Program-made: the position numbers and the translations under genes
Assembly: GCF_000143415.4 (NCBI RefSeq)
Contig: NW_003314296.1
Coordinates: forward strand, 973,645-1,037,644
Length of the DNA: 64,000 bases
DNA from: Selaginella moellendorffii
Lineage: Eukaryota > Plantae > Lycopodiophyta
Reading direction: 5' to 3'
In this document: piece after piece, positions 50,469 through 63,033 of the stretch
How the letters are laid out: the number at the start of each line of letters is the position of its first letter
Position numbering within the stretch: position 1 is the stretch's first letter
Notes under the pieces: model-generated
What the model saw: the letters and a program-made list of their open reading frames with translations, nothing else
Database searches by the model: none
What the model was told of the DNA's origin: nothing

Positions 50469-51594
50469 TGTAAGGAGCCAACTCGCCGAGGTGTCGTAAG
50501 CTAAAGGAACCCCGAAAGAATGACCAAAGTGACAAAGAGTTCATCGGATGGGACCAAGTCGAAGATCAAGTCCAAGACCGACTCTAGGACCGAGTTCGAG
50601 ATAGAGTCCGGAATCGAGTCCAAGACCGACTCGGGGACCGAGTTCGAGTCCGAGTTCGAGACGGAGTCCAAGATCCGAAATCGGGTCCGAGACCGAGTCC
50701 GAGGTCGAGTCCGAGGTCGGGTCCAAGATCGGGTCCGAGATCGAGTCCGAGACCGAATCCGAAGTCGGATCCGAAATCGGGTCCGAGATCGAGCCAAAGA
50801 CTAAGTCCAAATACTAATACGGGTCAAGGGGTGAAATCCCAAAGCGTGCGTCTCCCAGGGGGGGGGGGGGCTGCAGGGGGTTCCAAAAGTATAGTAGGGA
50901 TAGTGAGATCCAGGAATCAGTTTAGAAGGGACTCTCCAGTGGGGCTCCCAAACTGACTTGAGGTTGGGACTGGGACCGAGGGGCCTTGGGTGGGAGTGAG
51001 CATGGACTTGGTTGGTGCCGGAGGGGCCATCCAAGGAAGTGCTCAAGAGCAGCTCCCACTCCCGAAAGGGAAACCGATTGTGGTGCTCCCAGCTCGTGTG
51101 GAGTGGTGCCCCACTTGAGTACCATGCGGCTCATTGGTCCTCGCCCTTCCTAGGGGCTTGGGCCTTCCTTCGGGATGGAAGTGGGGGGCGAGAGGTACCC
51201 ATACCGGGCCGCTAGGCCACGGTGTTTCTCCCCGGCGTCCCGAAGCAAGTGTTGCACTCAAGACTTGGGATTTAGAGGGTCCCATGATCAAGTCTTGTGG
51301 TACCAAAGGATGTTAGGAACCTGGAAGCTTGGTGTGCTTGGCTGCTTGTGCTTGCAGGGAGTGTAGCCGAACCTTAAGTCCAATCTAACCCGGGGAGGGG
51401 GATTGGGAGTGATTTGGGAATCTGTGGATGGAAGGCTAACACTCCGTTGCTTGTGCAGTGCGTAGCTGAGACCAAGTAGGAGCTGGTACCATAGGCGAGA
51501 ACCTTGGCAAGGGAACTTAGCAAAAGTCAAGGCGGTGTTGGACGGATAGACGAGGTAAGCTGGCAAATTGGAAAGGAAAAATTTGTGGCTTACA
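50469..51594 (+). repeat. 3' LTR of element C (1126 nt)
   Basis: Direct repeat of 44086-45234. Confidence 0.95.
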
Positions 51595-54500
51595 CTCAGT
51601 CCCTTGAGCTTTATCTAATGCCTTTGCAACACTAAACACCACTTCCTAGTGTTTTAGAGTGTTTGGGTGTATTAATGATGGCCTTCTTTAGCAATGAGCT
51701 TTCCCTTTACAACATTGACTTACTATTTCGCAACATAAACAGTTTCTGCCCCATAAGGGTATATTTAACTTCCTTATCCCCATAAGAAGTCTTAGGTAGT
51801 TACCTTCAACCAATTTAACCAATTATCTTGCACCTCTTGCTTAATTGCCCCATAGTTGTCAAGTCCTATAACTCATTGCTTAGTGCTTCCACACCTCCAT
51901 CATTATCTGGGTCACCACACTCCAACCACATGCTTTCTAGCTTAGGCTATGCCATTCCCTTGGCAAGGGGTTCCCATGAACCCATCAACATAACCTCAAG
52001 GTATCTCATTTTGTCACATTTGGTGTCTCCACACAGCTCTACGAGCCTACCTCTATAACACTTCTTACTACACCATAGTGTTTATACACAATTCTATGCC
52101 AAAGTTGCTTTCTTTTTGGGGAACACCTTTCCCACGACTTTAGCATAGCATATTCTGCTATTGATGAAATACCCTCTGTTTTCATCCTTGGATCTTATGA
52201 TCCCCCCCATCCTTTAGTCTCAGTTTCAAACTCCATCTCAGGTCCTTTTCGGACTCCATCTCGGATTCCATCTTGGGTCCATCTCGAACTCCATCTCGGA
52301 CTCCGTCTCGGTTCATCTCGGACTCCATCTCGAACTCCATCTTGGGTCCATCTCGGACTCCATCTCGGGTCCATCTCGGACTCCATCTCGGATCCATCTC
52401 GAACTCCATTTTGGGTCCATCTCGGACACTTCCATGTGTCATGTGTTGGTCCTTTTGGGTCCTTTTTTAGAGCCTCGTTTATTGCTCGTTTCGTGCTCAA
52501 TCCTCAAGCACTTTGTTGGGAGTTCCACTCTCGCTCTCGATCTTTCAAATCAGAGCTTTTAGTCCAAACGTGTTATGCTTGTTTGGTTTTTGCTTTGGCC
52601 ACTACCACGAGGTGCCCTTCCGGCTCCACTTTGGGGCCTAGGGATTTTGTGTCTCACACCATCTTTGATGTGTTACCATCTCCAACTTCTGTGGGACATA
52701 ATTACATAGTTTGTTTTGTTCTTGATGTTCTACCATCTCTTATTAATATCGAGCATGATTATAACATTGATTAGTGAGCTATAGATGATGCAATTTAGTT
52801 CTTGGAGAATGTTTGAAGATTGAGTTTATGGGAAGACAATGTATATAAGCTTGAATGGATTTTAGATTGTGATGATGAGTTTAATTATTATAAAGATAAC
52901 TTTGGAGTCGAAGTGGAGATTTCATAGGGTAGGTGCTAATCCTTCAATTTACCATTTGATTCTTTCTCTTAACCTCTTACTCTTTCCCAACTTTTTCTTA
53001 TTTTTCAGCATGAGCCATCTTCTTATGTTTTTAGTATTTTTTCCTTATCTGTAGTGTTTCTTTTTCATAACATGTTAATCATGTGTGACTCTCATGATTC
53101 TCATTCTCAATCCAATGTTAAGTTGAGTGTTTTATGTCCTCCTCATACTAATTTAAATGTTAAGTATATGCATGAAGTTGAGAATCTTATTTTTATTTCA
53201 TTGGTAGAGTCTTTAATTAATTCTAGTGTTAAATATTCCCATATTCTAAAGGCTAAATCATTTTGGCTAGAGTTTTGGGTTAAATGTGTGTCCCCATTTG
53301 TTAATACTGTTGAAAGTTTTTATTTTACCATTGTTACTAAGGAGTTTATATATTCCCTTGAAAGTATGGATATTAATATTGATTTTTCCATCTCAAGTGT
53401 TGAGGAAGTTGAGCAGTGTAAATCTTTTGCTTATATTATGGTGGTTAAAGTATTTTATGATAAGAAGTCCTTTATTTTCCAAGCTTAGGCACATGTCCTT
53501 TTTTTTATTTCCCTATTTTTGCATTTTTTATCTACTGCAAATTCTTTTTTCAATGCATTTTTATCCACTTTTTCTTCTTCCATACTATTTCTTCCTTAAT
53601 TTTTTTTTGCTTTCTCTTTTTTGCCCCAATGCTTCAAACTTTTTTTTCTTCAAAGGAGGGGTTAAAAGGGATAGACTAGAGTCTGGTACGAACGACATTC
53701 AAACAAATGATACATCCTGCACCCATCAATAATCCTCCACGACTATTGTTAACTTAAACTCATGACCATAAATTATTTTTTATCATAAGTTATCTTTATC
53801 TAACACTACATATGGGAGATTGGACTCACTCCACTTATCCTCTACATCCTCTTTATCCCCTCCTTGAAGGAATTTTTTTTTTTGAAGTACCAACTTTATT
53901 CAGACTCATTATGTTTATTCTTACTCCACTATTTATATTTAACCTCACTCCACTATTACATTTATTTGGCCTTACTATATAAGGGTTAGATGTTCCATTT
54001 AGATTCCCTATCCTTGTCCTCACTCCACAATTTATGTCATTCGTCTTTGCTCTAGTACCATATTCATTTGTCCTCACTCCATTTTATAAATTACATTGGT
54101 TCTCAAAATCCTTTGTTTTGGTTCAAAATTATGGTTTCAATGTTGGTTCAAGTATTTGGCAATTGCATATGAAGTTACAACTAGTTCATTAAGATTCTGT
54201 AGTCTACTAATGCTTATACCATGGCTTTGGGTTTTCTTTCAATCATGGTTATTAGCAACTTTATTGCTAGTTTTGTGGGAGCTTTAGATTCATATAGTAA
54301 TTTATCATTGCCTAATAGAAGCTCCAGATATTCCACCTAACTTATTGTCATCTTCCAAAGGGGAGGATGGTGTAAAATTTGTAAATACATATGTGTACAT
54401 AAATGTATTACCTTGGCTAGGTAATACACTAATTATAATACTATAGTATATTAATTGTCCATTCAAGACTAAATTTGGTCTATCCATTATTATATATGAG

Positions 54501-56071
54501 CATGGGTTTAAACCCCAATTAATATACCATATCCCAAGCACTCATATAATCAGAATTTCATACATATAAAATGATAATGTAGAAATATAATATAATTTCA
54601 CCATTTTCTTCTAAGTTTTAGTTTTCTTATGCAAAACTATAGAATGTGGTAGTGGATATACTTAGAATATTCTTAAATATTTTAGGATATTCTACCATCT
54701 AATAGTTGTTATTCATTTAGACTAATCTTGTAGTTATAATATATAAACATGTTTATAATTTATAAACTTTTCTCAATAAGATTAATCTCGATTATAAACA
54801 TGTTAATAATTATTGATCAATTGATTTATTCAATAATACTAAACAAAAATGACTCTACTATTAAATAAACTAAGTGTTGATGCATGCAAAGCACAACAAA
54901 TTATTTATTTCAAGTTTATATTAATTAAGAAACTAGATAGATTTAAATATAAATGAATCCTAATTCCTTAAAAGCAGTATTTAAAATATTCTTTACTTAA
55001 TGAATCTTGCTATGTTATGGTTATGAAAAAAGTGTTAGAACACTATTGATGCCAGAAAAACTTTTGACAAACTAGAACACAACAATGTTGTTTCATGAAA
55101 CATGATGGTTTTGCATAGCAATCTCTCAAACTAAGCTCTAGTTAAAATATTGTATAGTTCTTATTGAGATTGCTCTAATTCTTTATCCAAAAGTTTTTTG
55201 TGTAAAGAGTTCTCTCTAATGACCATAAGGCAAAGAGTAGAGGCCAAAGTTTAAGTATAATTGTTGGTCTTCCATTATACAGGAGTGAGATAAAACTAAA
55301 GCTTTAAAACTGTTCACATATCTAAGGCAAATGTTTCTCAGTTGGATGAATTCTTGATAAACTAAATTGTTCTTCAAATTTACTCATGGATGGTAAACAT
55401 GATCTATTTTGATCAAAGAAAATTTTAAGAGGAGAAAACAACCATTAGATTAAAGAATATTTTAAAATATATCTGGATATTTAGGTATATTTCTTACACT
55501 AAAAAGGTCAGTTTTCTCTTTTTATTTTTTCTTTGCGTAAATTTGGTTCGGCCTAATGCCTCCAGTTGAGTGCTACATGACCCAAAAACATGTATATATA
55601 ACAGCAATGTCCTTACTGGTATTAAGGTATTAGTGCTAGCAAGATCTCTCCCTATAGTCACTGCAGAGCATTACTTCTATTACTATTTCCTACTCTCCCT
55701 CTCCTCCCTCCGAAACGTTGGATTGAACGCATCGATCGATCAAGGTATGGCATAGAAGAATCTCGGTGACTGATTCGAAGGCGACTGTTGCATCACAGAT
55801 CGCATAATTCTTCTGGGAGGCTGGATGTGATGGATTCTTCCTGGAGCCAGGTTGCGAGTGATAAACATTCAGGAGTCCATCACCAAACCCGAGGTTGCTC
55901 GGGGGAAGGTTGGATCGGATGACCCCCCCCCCCCCCCCCCGGGATAGTGAAATTAGCACCCTCATGCACTGGACGACCGTCCCTGGCCCTGGTAGTTCGT
56001 AGGAGATTCGGGGATGAATTGGAACGGAGCTGCAAACTGGACTAGGCAAAGTTCTTGAGCGGTGTAGAGGT

Positions 56072-56125
56072 GGTGCAGGTTTCGACCCTGCGACCTTGGC
56101 GTTCGCTCTACCAACAACTATCCCC
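56072..56125 (-). pseudogene. tRNA-derived fragment (Ile-like 3' half, anticodon arm missing)
   Basis: Minus strand reads TTGGTAGAGCG-AACGCCAAGGTCGCAGGGTCGAAACCTGCA and shares GCCAAGGTCGCAGG with 11886-11949. Confidence 0.5.
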
Positions 56126-56319
56126 AGTCATTTCAAAAAAAGCTGGCCCATACCTGCTAAATTAGCCCGTTCCTCAATCAGTTCTCGCTAGTTTTCGTGC
56201 ATTCAAGCAGCTCCAAAGCACCAACACTATGTGATGGTTTTTTTCTTCCCTTATGCTCTTTGAAAATTCCTGTGGCCTCCTGTTACTTACTCCTTTCTTT
56301 TTTCTGCGCTCTTGCAGCA

Positions 56320-57075
56320 GGGTACAAGAGAAAAAGTAAAAGTATGCTTGTCATTGGCTTGAGTTTCCACACAGCTCCAAGCTGCATGAAAACTGGCAAT
56401 TCCCGAGAGTGATTGATCTCGAGTCATCAAGGAGCTTTGTAGCTTGATCCGCATCGAAGAGGCAACAGTTCTTAGTACGTGTAATCGCACAGAAACCTAT
56501 GTTCTAGCTCTCCATGGATGCCAAAGGTAAATTTCTTTGCTTTCTTACGTTTTCTTAGCTCTTTCTTTTTCTCCCGACAGATCAGTGGAGCCTCTGTAGA
56601 GAGCTGAGACCACATTTGTTTGTCTTCCGGGAAGATGATGCTGTCTTTAAATCGCTCGAGAGGCCGGACCTCTCACTCGGGCCAAGACAGAAATCTCAAC
56701 AGGAGCAATGTCGGTCAGTGCCGCTGCTGTGGAATGGCAGCTCTCAAACTCGGTGTAATTGAGCAGCTCCAGCGCTCGAAAGTTTTGATCGTCAGTGCTG
56801 AAACCATGGTGAAGCTGCTCGTGAAGCATTTGGTTTCCAAGGGCTGCTCTAGGATGGTAAAACCTAGACCAAAGGTACAGTCGAGCACAGGAGCTTGGAG
56901 ACATTTTAAGTTTGTGCTGGAGAGGCTGACATGATGAGTCTGGCTCCTAGAGTGCAGTTCCTTGAAACGTTGGAGCCTGCCTGGAGGATGTTCCAAATGC
57001 CAGAGTTTTCAATGTGGATGACCTCAAGGAAGTGGTGGCAAGAGGCTGCTCGAGCGGAAATTCTGATCAAGAAAG
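56320..57075 (+). pseudogene. HEMA: Glutamyl-tRNA reductase fragments with deletions and frameshifts
   Basis: [57 protein letters not shown] and VFNVDDLKEVVA. Confidence 0.8.
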
Positions 57076-59639
57076 AGCTTGCTACTTCACATGGTGCCAA
57101 CTATCAAAACGTTGCAAGCTTTTGCGGTGGAGATATGGTAGAGAAAGACCAAGATGCTCCCTAGATGGGGAAGAACTCTGATTTTAGTTTCAAGTTGTTG
57201 CTTAAGTTTAGAAAAAATAGCTTATTATTTGTTGATATTTCTAAAAAAAAATAGTTTTAGAAATTAAGTTAAAATGTTATTGTGAGTGCATTGGCCCTCA
57301 CATTATTAAATATTGGTAGTCATTATTTGTAACTAGGTTTCAAGTGTCAATTAGAAGTTTTCTTAAGTTAATATTTATAGTTTCTACTTGCTATATATGA
57401 CTAATAGTTAAAAACAAAAAAATATATATAGTTGTTATGTTTAGTTATTATTTTTTACTAAAGTTTTTACTAAATGTTATATTAAATTTTAAGTCAAAAA
57501 ATATAGTTATAAAGATGAGAATTTAAGTCATTATATGTAATTATAAACTTGTTTTAAAGACTTTGAATTTTTCAAGAATAAGTTTCATTCAGATTCTTGA
57601 CATTTTATTGTGTTGTAACTTACATTAAATTATTTTTTCAACTTACATTTTAATAACTTTAGCTTTTACCACACCTACTTTTGGTTATAATTTTTTTTTA
57701 TATTGATTATTCAATATATACGTGATTTTACAAAAGCTTTAAACTATTATTCCAATTTATACCTCCACAAAAATAATTTTATATTTACCTGAAAAATCTT
57801 ATTTTTTAAATTACAAAAGTTTGAAATTAAATCTTTGCAAATTTAATTAAGATCTGCTCCTATTGTAGTTTAATTACTTTTTGATAGCATATCTTCCTTT
57901 GCTATTAACTTCAAGACTCTGTTGCTCACTCAAATTAGCTAAAGAAAAATTAAAAAATTAAATATCTTTATAAAAAAAACTAAAACAATAAAATTTTTTT
58001 CAATACAAATAATGATTTCTAAAATGGATCATTTATATTTTTAATAGTACAGGTTTCTAAATAATATAGTTTTTATAATGATAAAAAAACTTTAAATAGC
58101 ATTAGATAGTGCATGCTTTTTTATTCTTTTTGTTTGATTGTCTTACATACCACTTAAATGAAATAGATAATAAACAATTAAATATATAAGAATGTTACTA
58201 GAAAATTTTTAAAATATGAAAGCTCATAAAAGATGAATAATCATTTAATACTATTAGGTAGCAATATCTAATTTGAGTTTTATGATTCATACAGATGAAT
58301 ATTAACAATTTTCATGGGCAACATGATGATTCTGTAAGTAATATAAAAAACTTAGCTGCATGTAAAATGAAGCAAAATATATGGTTATGCCATAATGAAA
58401 ACTTTGATAATAATACTTTAATAAATCATTAGAATATATTGATTATTGATAGTATAAAGGTCTTATTACTATGATTTATTATCATTATATAGAAAACTAT
58501 TACTCAATCAATGTGCCACCAACTTTAGAAATTAAGCCTTTATTTATATTTTGTATTACTTACCTGATATATTAAAACTAAATAATACAAATGACTCCAA
58601 AATAATGGGCAACATATTATTTGGTTTTTTCATTAATTTTATTAGAGAAATATAGTTAGAACCATATGAAATTGTATATTTCTTGAATCTTTGCAAAATT
58701 TGGATAATCATATTTAAACTTTTTTCAGATTGAACTATCTATAAGCATCTCATTATTCCATTAGTGTATTAATGATTAAAATGGTGTTATTTCTTTATTG
58801 AAATTGTTATTGTAGTCAAGGAATAATAGGAAAATAGCACATAGTAATTTTCTCATATATATTATTATAAAAACTTTATATTTGTTAATATTATCAATTC
58901 AATAAAATAGAAGGTCCTTATTCTCCTGATAAAATAGATAATAAATTTTCTTTATTCCTATGTAACCATTCTGAAAAATAATCAAATAAATTACCAATGT
59001 TATCATTGCTACCAAATTAATACCACTACTTAAATTAATACCACCATCATCTAGAGCTATAAAACTTCCACAAATTTCAAAATGCTACTTTTATAGAATA
59101 ATAAATTTATGTAATAAAATGCCCTGAATATCTTTCATTGGAAACCATGCATCATGTAGTGCTAAAGTATGTCTACCATAAAGACAAATACAATTTGTGA
59201 TAATTTATGAGGTGAATATAATTACCTCCACACATCAAATAACAACATTTATAAATCCTAAACAAAACATATAATATGGATTTGAGAAGGAAAAATATTA
59301 CAAAGTTTTGTGTTAAAGAATTATGAGTTGATATAACTATTACTGAAATTTATGACTAAAACTTTTGCAATTAAACTTACAGTTTAGTTACTAGAAACAT
59401 ATATAAAATGGTCTAGTTTAAAGAATAAGTTTTAAGTAGTGATAAAAATTATGATATATATTTCAGTTGTAAAGTATAAATTTAATTTCCAACTAAATGT
59501 TTTGTGAATATAAAATTTATCACAAATTACAATATAATTTTGTAACTAAAGCCAATTTGCTACTAATGCTAACTTAAATTAACAATAACTTTAAAAAATC
59601 ATTAAAATAATATATCATTATAAGGCATTTGTAATCCAG

Positions 59640-59890
59640 TAGGCTAGCAGCAACCAATATCATTCCCTCGAGCAATAGGCAATGGAAGAGATAGATGGCC
59701 TTGTGGAAATCTCCTGACTGGACGTTAGCATTGGTGATTGCGGTCCAAACAAGCTTGCCTAGAGCCAATATTATATTAAAGACTCTAGCTTCAGCGAGGC
59801 TGCCACATTTGATATACACTGGTTTCCAAGGTGGTGGTCTCGATCTAGCCCAGGTCTGACGATCTGCAAGTGGATTATTTGAGCAGTATC
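59640..59890 (-). pseudogene. PLS PPR fragment
   Basis: YIKCGSLAEARVF..LVWTAITNANVQSGDFHKAIYLFHCLLLEG. Confidence 0.6.
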
Positions 59891-60849
59891 TTCCGGGAAT
59901 GATTGATGTTGATGAACAGGGGGAAGAAGAGTGAATTGCTGCTAAAGGAGGCCTTGAAAAGGAAGAGGAAGTTCTTTGTTAGAGTGAAAGTTTCCAAGCT
60001 TATACCAAACATTTGAAAACTCCTTTCTCAGGGCACCACAATATATTGTAAACCTTCGAAATATATTATAAACCTTCGCACGTGAAGAATAATTTTTCAG
60101 GGCACCACAATATATTATAAACCTTCGCTAATATAAGATGCAAAGAAAGCAAGCAAAAAACATTCAACAGGGGATCTAGAACAGATAGATATAACTATTG
60201 GATGGTTAGACAGTTGGAGAACATTGAACATTTTGGAATTCCAGAATGCCCCACTATAGCCTGATTAGACTCTTGTAACTCCACCACTGCTAACGATTGT
60301 GATCAGATATCCTACCTCTTTATACTGGGGAGCTTCAAATAGCAATCACCATGCCCAAAACTGTGCTTGAAATACTACTCTAGAGAACCATCTAGATTAT
60401 TGCCTTTTTTTCTGTGAAGACCCACAATGAGATGTAAACTAACCTCGCTCACCCGCCGAGCTATTCTGTCTATCTCAGCCATCACTCTTGAGTTGCAGCT
60501 TCCTACAACTTCCTTTCCTCCTTCTCATCTAACTGGTATAGTAAGTAAGGGCGTCATCTTGATGCCGTGCTCCCATTGGATAAAATATATTGAAAAAATG
60601 GATGAGGATGTCATGGTTGGTTCTCCCGTTCCATTTCTTTAGTAAACTGTTCTCACCCTTCTCTTGGGCCACGGGCTAGACGTGCTCTTTTGTCTCTTCC
60701 AAGCTTCAAGAACTCTGGGGCACATGGACTTTCTGAACATCTGGTCCATCCAGTCCAATTTCAAACAACACTGAGGCATTAGAAACTTTGACTCTCTTAC
60801 TCAAAAAGTTGGAGGATATGCTAAAAAAATTCTGAGCGTCTGGACGAAT

Positions 60850-61020
60850 ACTGTGAGTCTGGCAAGACGTATGCAAGCAAAGAGGAGGAGATGTACCGCT
60901 TCGGCGTGTTCAAGCAAAACTACTTGTGGTGCAGGATCACAACAGCAACCCACACGCAGCTGGGCTCAACAAGTTCTCAGATATGGACATGAAAGAGTTC
61001 ACTAGTATATACTGTGGTTG
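60850..61020 (+). pseudogene. Papain-family cysteine protease I29 propeptide fragment
   Basis: GKTYASKEEEMYRFGVFKQN /frameshift/ VQDHN...GLNKFSDMDMKEF (ERFNIN and GxNxFxD motifs); no mature domain follows. Confidence 0.6.
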
Positions 61021-63033
61021 CAAGTCCCCCACCAGACCGTATGTAGCGTCTGGGTAAATCAAAGGAAAGACGTTTGAAATTCTTTGACGAGTCGGAATCG
61101 AGAACCTTCCTGGAGAAAGAAGAGCCCGACACGACTGTGCATGTACCGTAGCTTTGAGAACTCTTGGGTTCCATCCAGTCCATGCATTCTGGAGCAACAC
61201 TAGCTCCACAGATCGTTTAGTCTGAATTTCGATAAACTTGAATTCAGATTAAGGAGCAGCCTCAATCAAGGATGATGCTTCCTGGCCTCAGATCTTTGAG
61301 TTTAAGACTGGATTTCTAAGGGCTTGGCGTCGAGTGCGTGTTCTCTTCACTTTGACATTTCGACTAGTTTTTTCTCTAGTTGGCACGGGGCGGGAGACAA
61401 ACATATGCTTCCTGTGCTTCCTGTCGAGGAGATTGGAAAGGAGTTTTCAAAGTGGCTCAAAAGGTGAAAGTATGTCTCCCTGTGCGAATCTTAAGCCGGC
61501 CTGCTCAGGGATCTGGCCTGGAGCTACAGGAGTCGACTTTCTTTCTTGTGATATTTTCTGTAGAACCAAAGCTTGGAGCACGACTACTTCAAGGGACAAG
61601 AGTGTTTTCAGGAGGAAAGCATGCATATCGCGACTGGTGAGGTTTCTCTCTTTTATGTAACTTAAACCTTGTCTGCTACTTGACTTGAGCAGCTTCTCGA
61701 TAAAGATAAACTCTCGCAGGCTCAAAAAGACTATGGTGGTGGAATTAAGGGTATGCAACTCTTGCATCACCGTGCCATGGCGTTTCAGATAAGCTTCTTC
61801 GTGCTCATCTCTGATTTTGCCTGAAAGACCGGGGAGAAGCTGCCTAATTAAACCGACATACAAATCTGAACTTGGGGGTTTATAAAAAGATATTAAATTC
61901 TATTTACATAAACAAGTATCAATCATCAACTAGAATACATTTGTAGTATTTGAAAGAGATCTTTGATCTAGATAATAATACTTACATCAATTCTGCTCTG
62001 TTCCATGGGGGCTCATTTGAACACAACTTTTGCTCTTTTAAGAATGGTATTGGTGGCAATATTCCTCAAGTTTGGGCTTCACTCTGCACTGGAGGAACTT
62101 CAAATAGCACATAACACTTTCACTGACCAGCAAATCTTTGTTGAAGTGATGTTCTCAAACTTTGTTCTTTCTCACCACTAGTCAGGAACAGCTTAAGTGG
62201 AAACCTTGGCATCAAGAACAGCAGTAGCCATCTTGTTTTCATAGACTCAAGCAGGAACCAGATCATTAGAGGCAAGTGAGTTTTGTGGCTCGATCCTTGA
62301 TAGCCCAGTTTCACAGCACGCACTTCCCATAATTTTAATTTTAACACGTAAATGATAAATTTTATGTTAATATATGTTCATATGCATTACATAACATTTC
62401 TTAAGCCACTAGTCCAAATTACATAAAATACTTTACATAAAATTCATATTAAACAGTGGGTGTGAATAAACACTCATTATAATCTTTTCAAAGTTTCTAT
62501 TGATCATTAAAAAATAAAAATAAAAAATAAAGAAAAATAATTTAAAATCTAGAAGCTAATCACTAACAATCTTTGAAACTTTCCACAGTAGTTTTTCCTT
62601 TTCTTATTAATCACTAATATTTGATCATGTAACTTTGAAAAAAAGGATTTTTAGAGTAAAGGTGTCAACAGAATATTTTAAGTAATAATTGATTATTCAT
62701 AGACTAAAATTCTCCATAAAATAATTTGGTTTGGCCTCTGTTTTGCCACTTAAGCTTACACACTTGAAACACTAAAATTCTGCCACCCTCTTGATCCGTC
62801 AAAGAAACTTGGTGATAAAGAAAAACTCCCTCGTTTGTCTATGCTCTACTACTGAACCTTCTTGCATTTTTTGGCAAATCAATGCTTGGCTTGTTTGCTG
62901 CATGGCTATTGCCGCGTGGAGAGCGCTAGTCTTGCATGGACCTCTTTTTAGCTAGGGCTTCCTTGTCAAGAGTAGCGCCTTGAATCCATCCTCTTCGATA
63001 ATCTCCTGGTTTTTCCTGCAAGAATCGGCGGCA

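Larger units (their letters stand above)
44086..51594 (+). mobile_element. Full-length Ty3/gypsy chromovirus (element C)
   Basis: TG..CA LTRs 44086-45234 and 50469-51594, CTCAG TSD (44081-44085 and 51595-51599), PBS TGGTATCGGAGCC at 45238, PPT ATGGGTGGTGGAGT, and domain order gag-PR-RT-RH-INT-chromo. Confidence 0.97.
39971..52658 (-). mobile_element. LTR element B, same lineage as the chromovirus; non-coding or decayed; 3' LTR ~39971-41530, partial 5' LTR ~52200-52658
   Basis: 41040-41530 matches 52210-52658, both ending GGGATTTTGTGTCT(T/C)ACA. The PPT complement ACTCCACCACCCATAG at 41531 is identical to that of element C. 42700-43060 is homologous to the 3' UTR of element C. Confidence 0.75.
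39368..54546 (+). mobile_element. Old LTR element A with ~175-bp LTRs (39368-39540, 54371-54546); internal region decayed
   Basis: Direct repeats TGTAAA..GCTAGGTAATACACTAATTATAATACTATAGTATATT..AGCACT, PBS TGGTGGAGATG (tRNA-Ala-complementary) at 39542, and PPT AAAGGGGAGGATGG before the 3' LTR. Confidence 0.7.
38911..54915. mobile_element. AT-rich foldback/MULE-like element with ~290-bp terminal inverted repeats (38911-39200, 54645-54915), split by the LTR nest
   Basis: The 39107-39192 segment (CAAGATTAATCTAAATGAATAA..GTAGAATATCCTAAAATAT..GTATATTCACTACCA) is the reverse complement of ~54647-54732, and the similarity extends outward. Confidence 0.65.

Noticed and set aside
53054-53732. Hydrophobic AT-rich ORFs
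   Set aside because: T-rich low-complexity internal region of LTR element A; no domain evidence.
58100-59400. Possible decayed AT-rich gene
   Set aside because: No sustained frame or recognisable motif by eye.
61200-62350. Exon-like minus-strand segments (including ORF 61447-61863)
   Set aside because: Probably a gene relic, but I could not assign a family or a consistent gene model.
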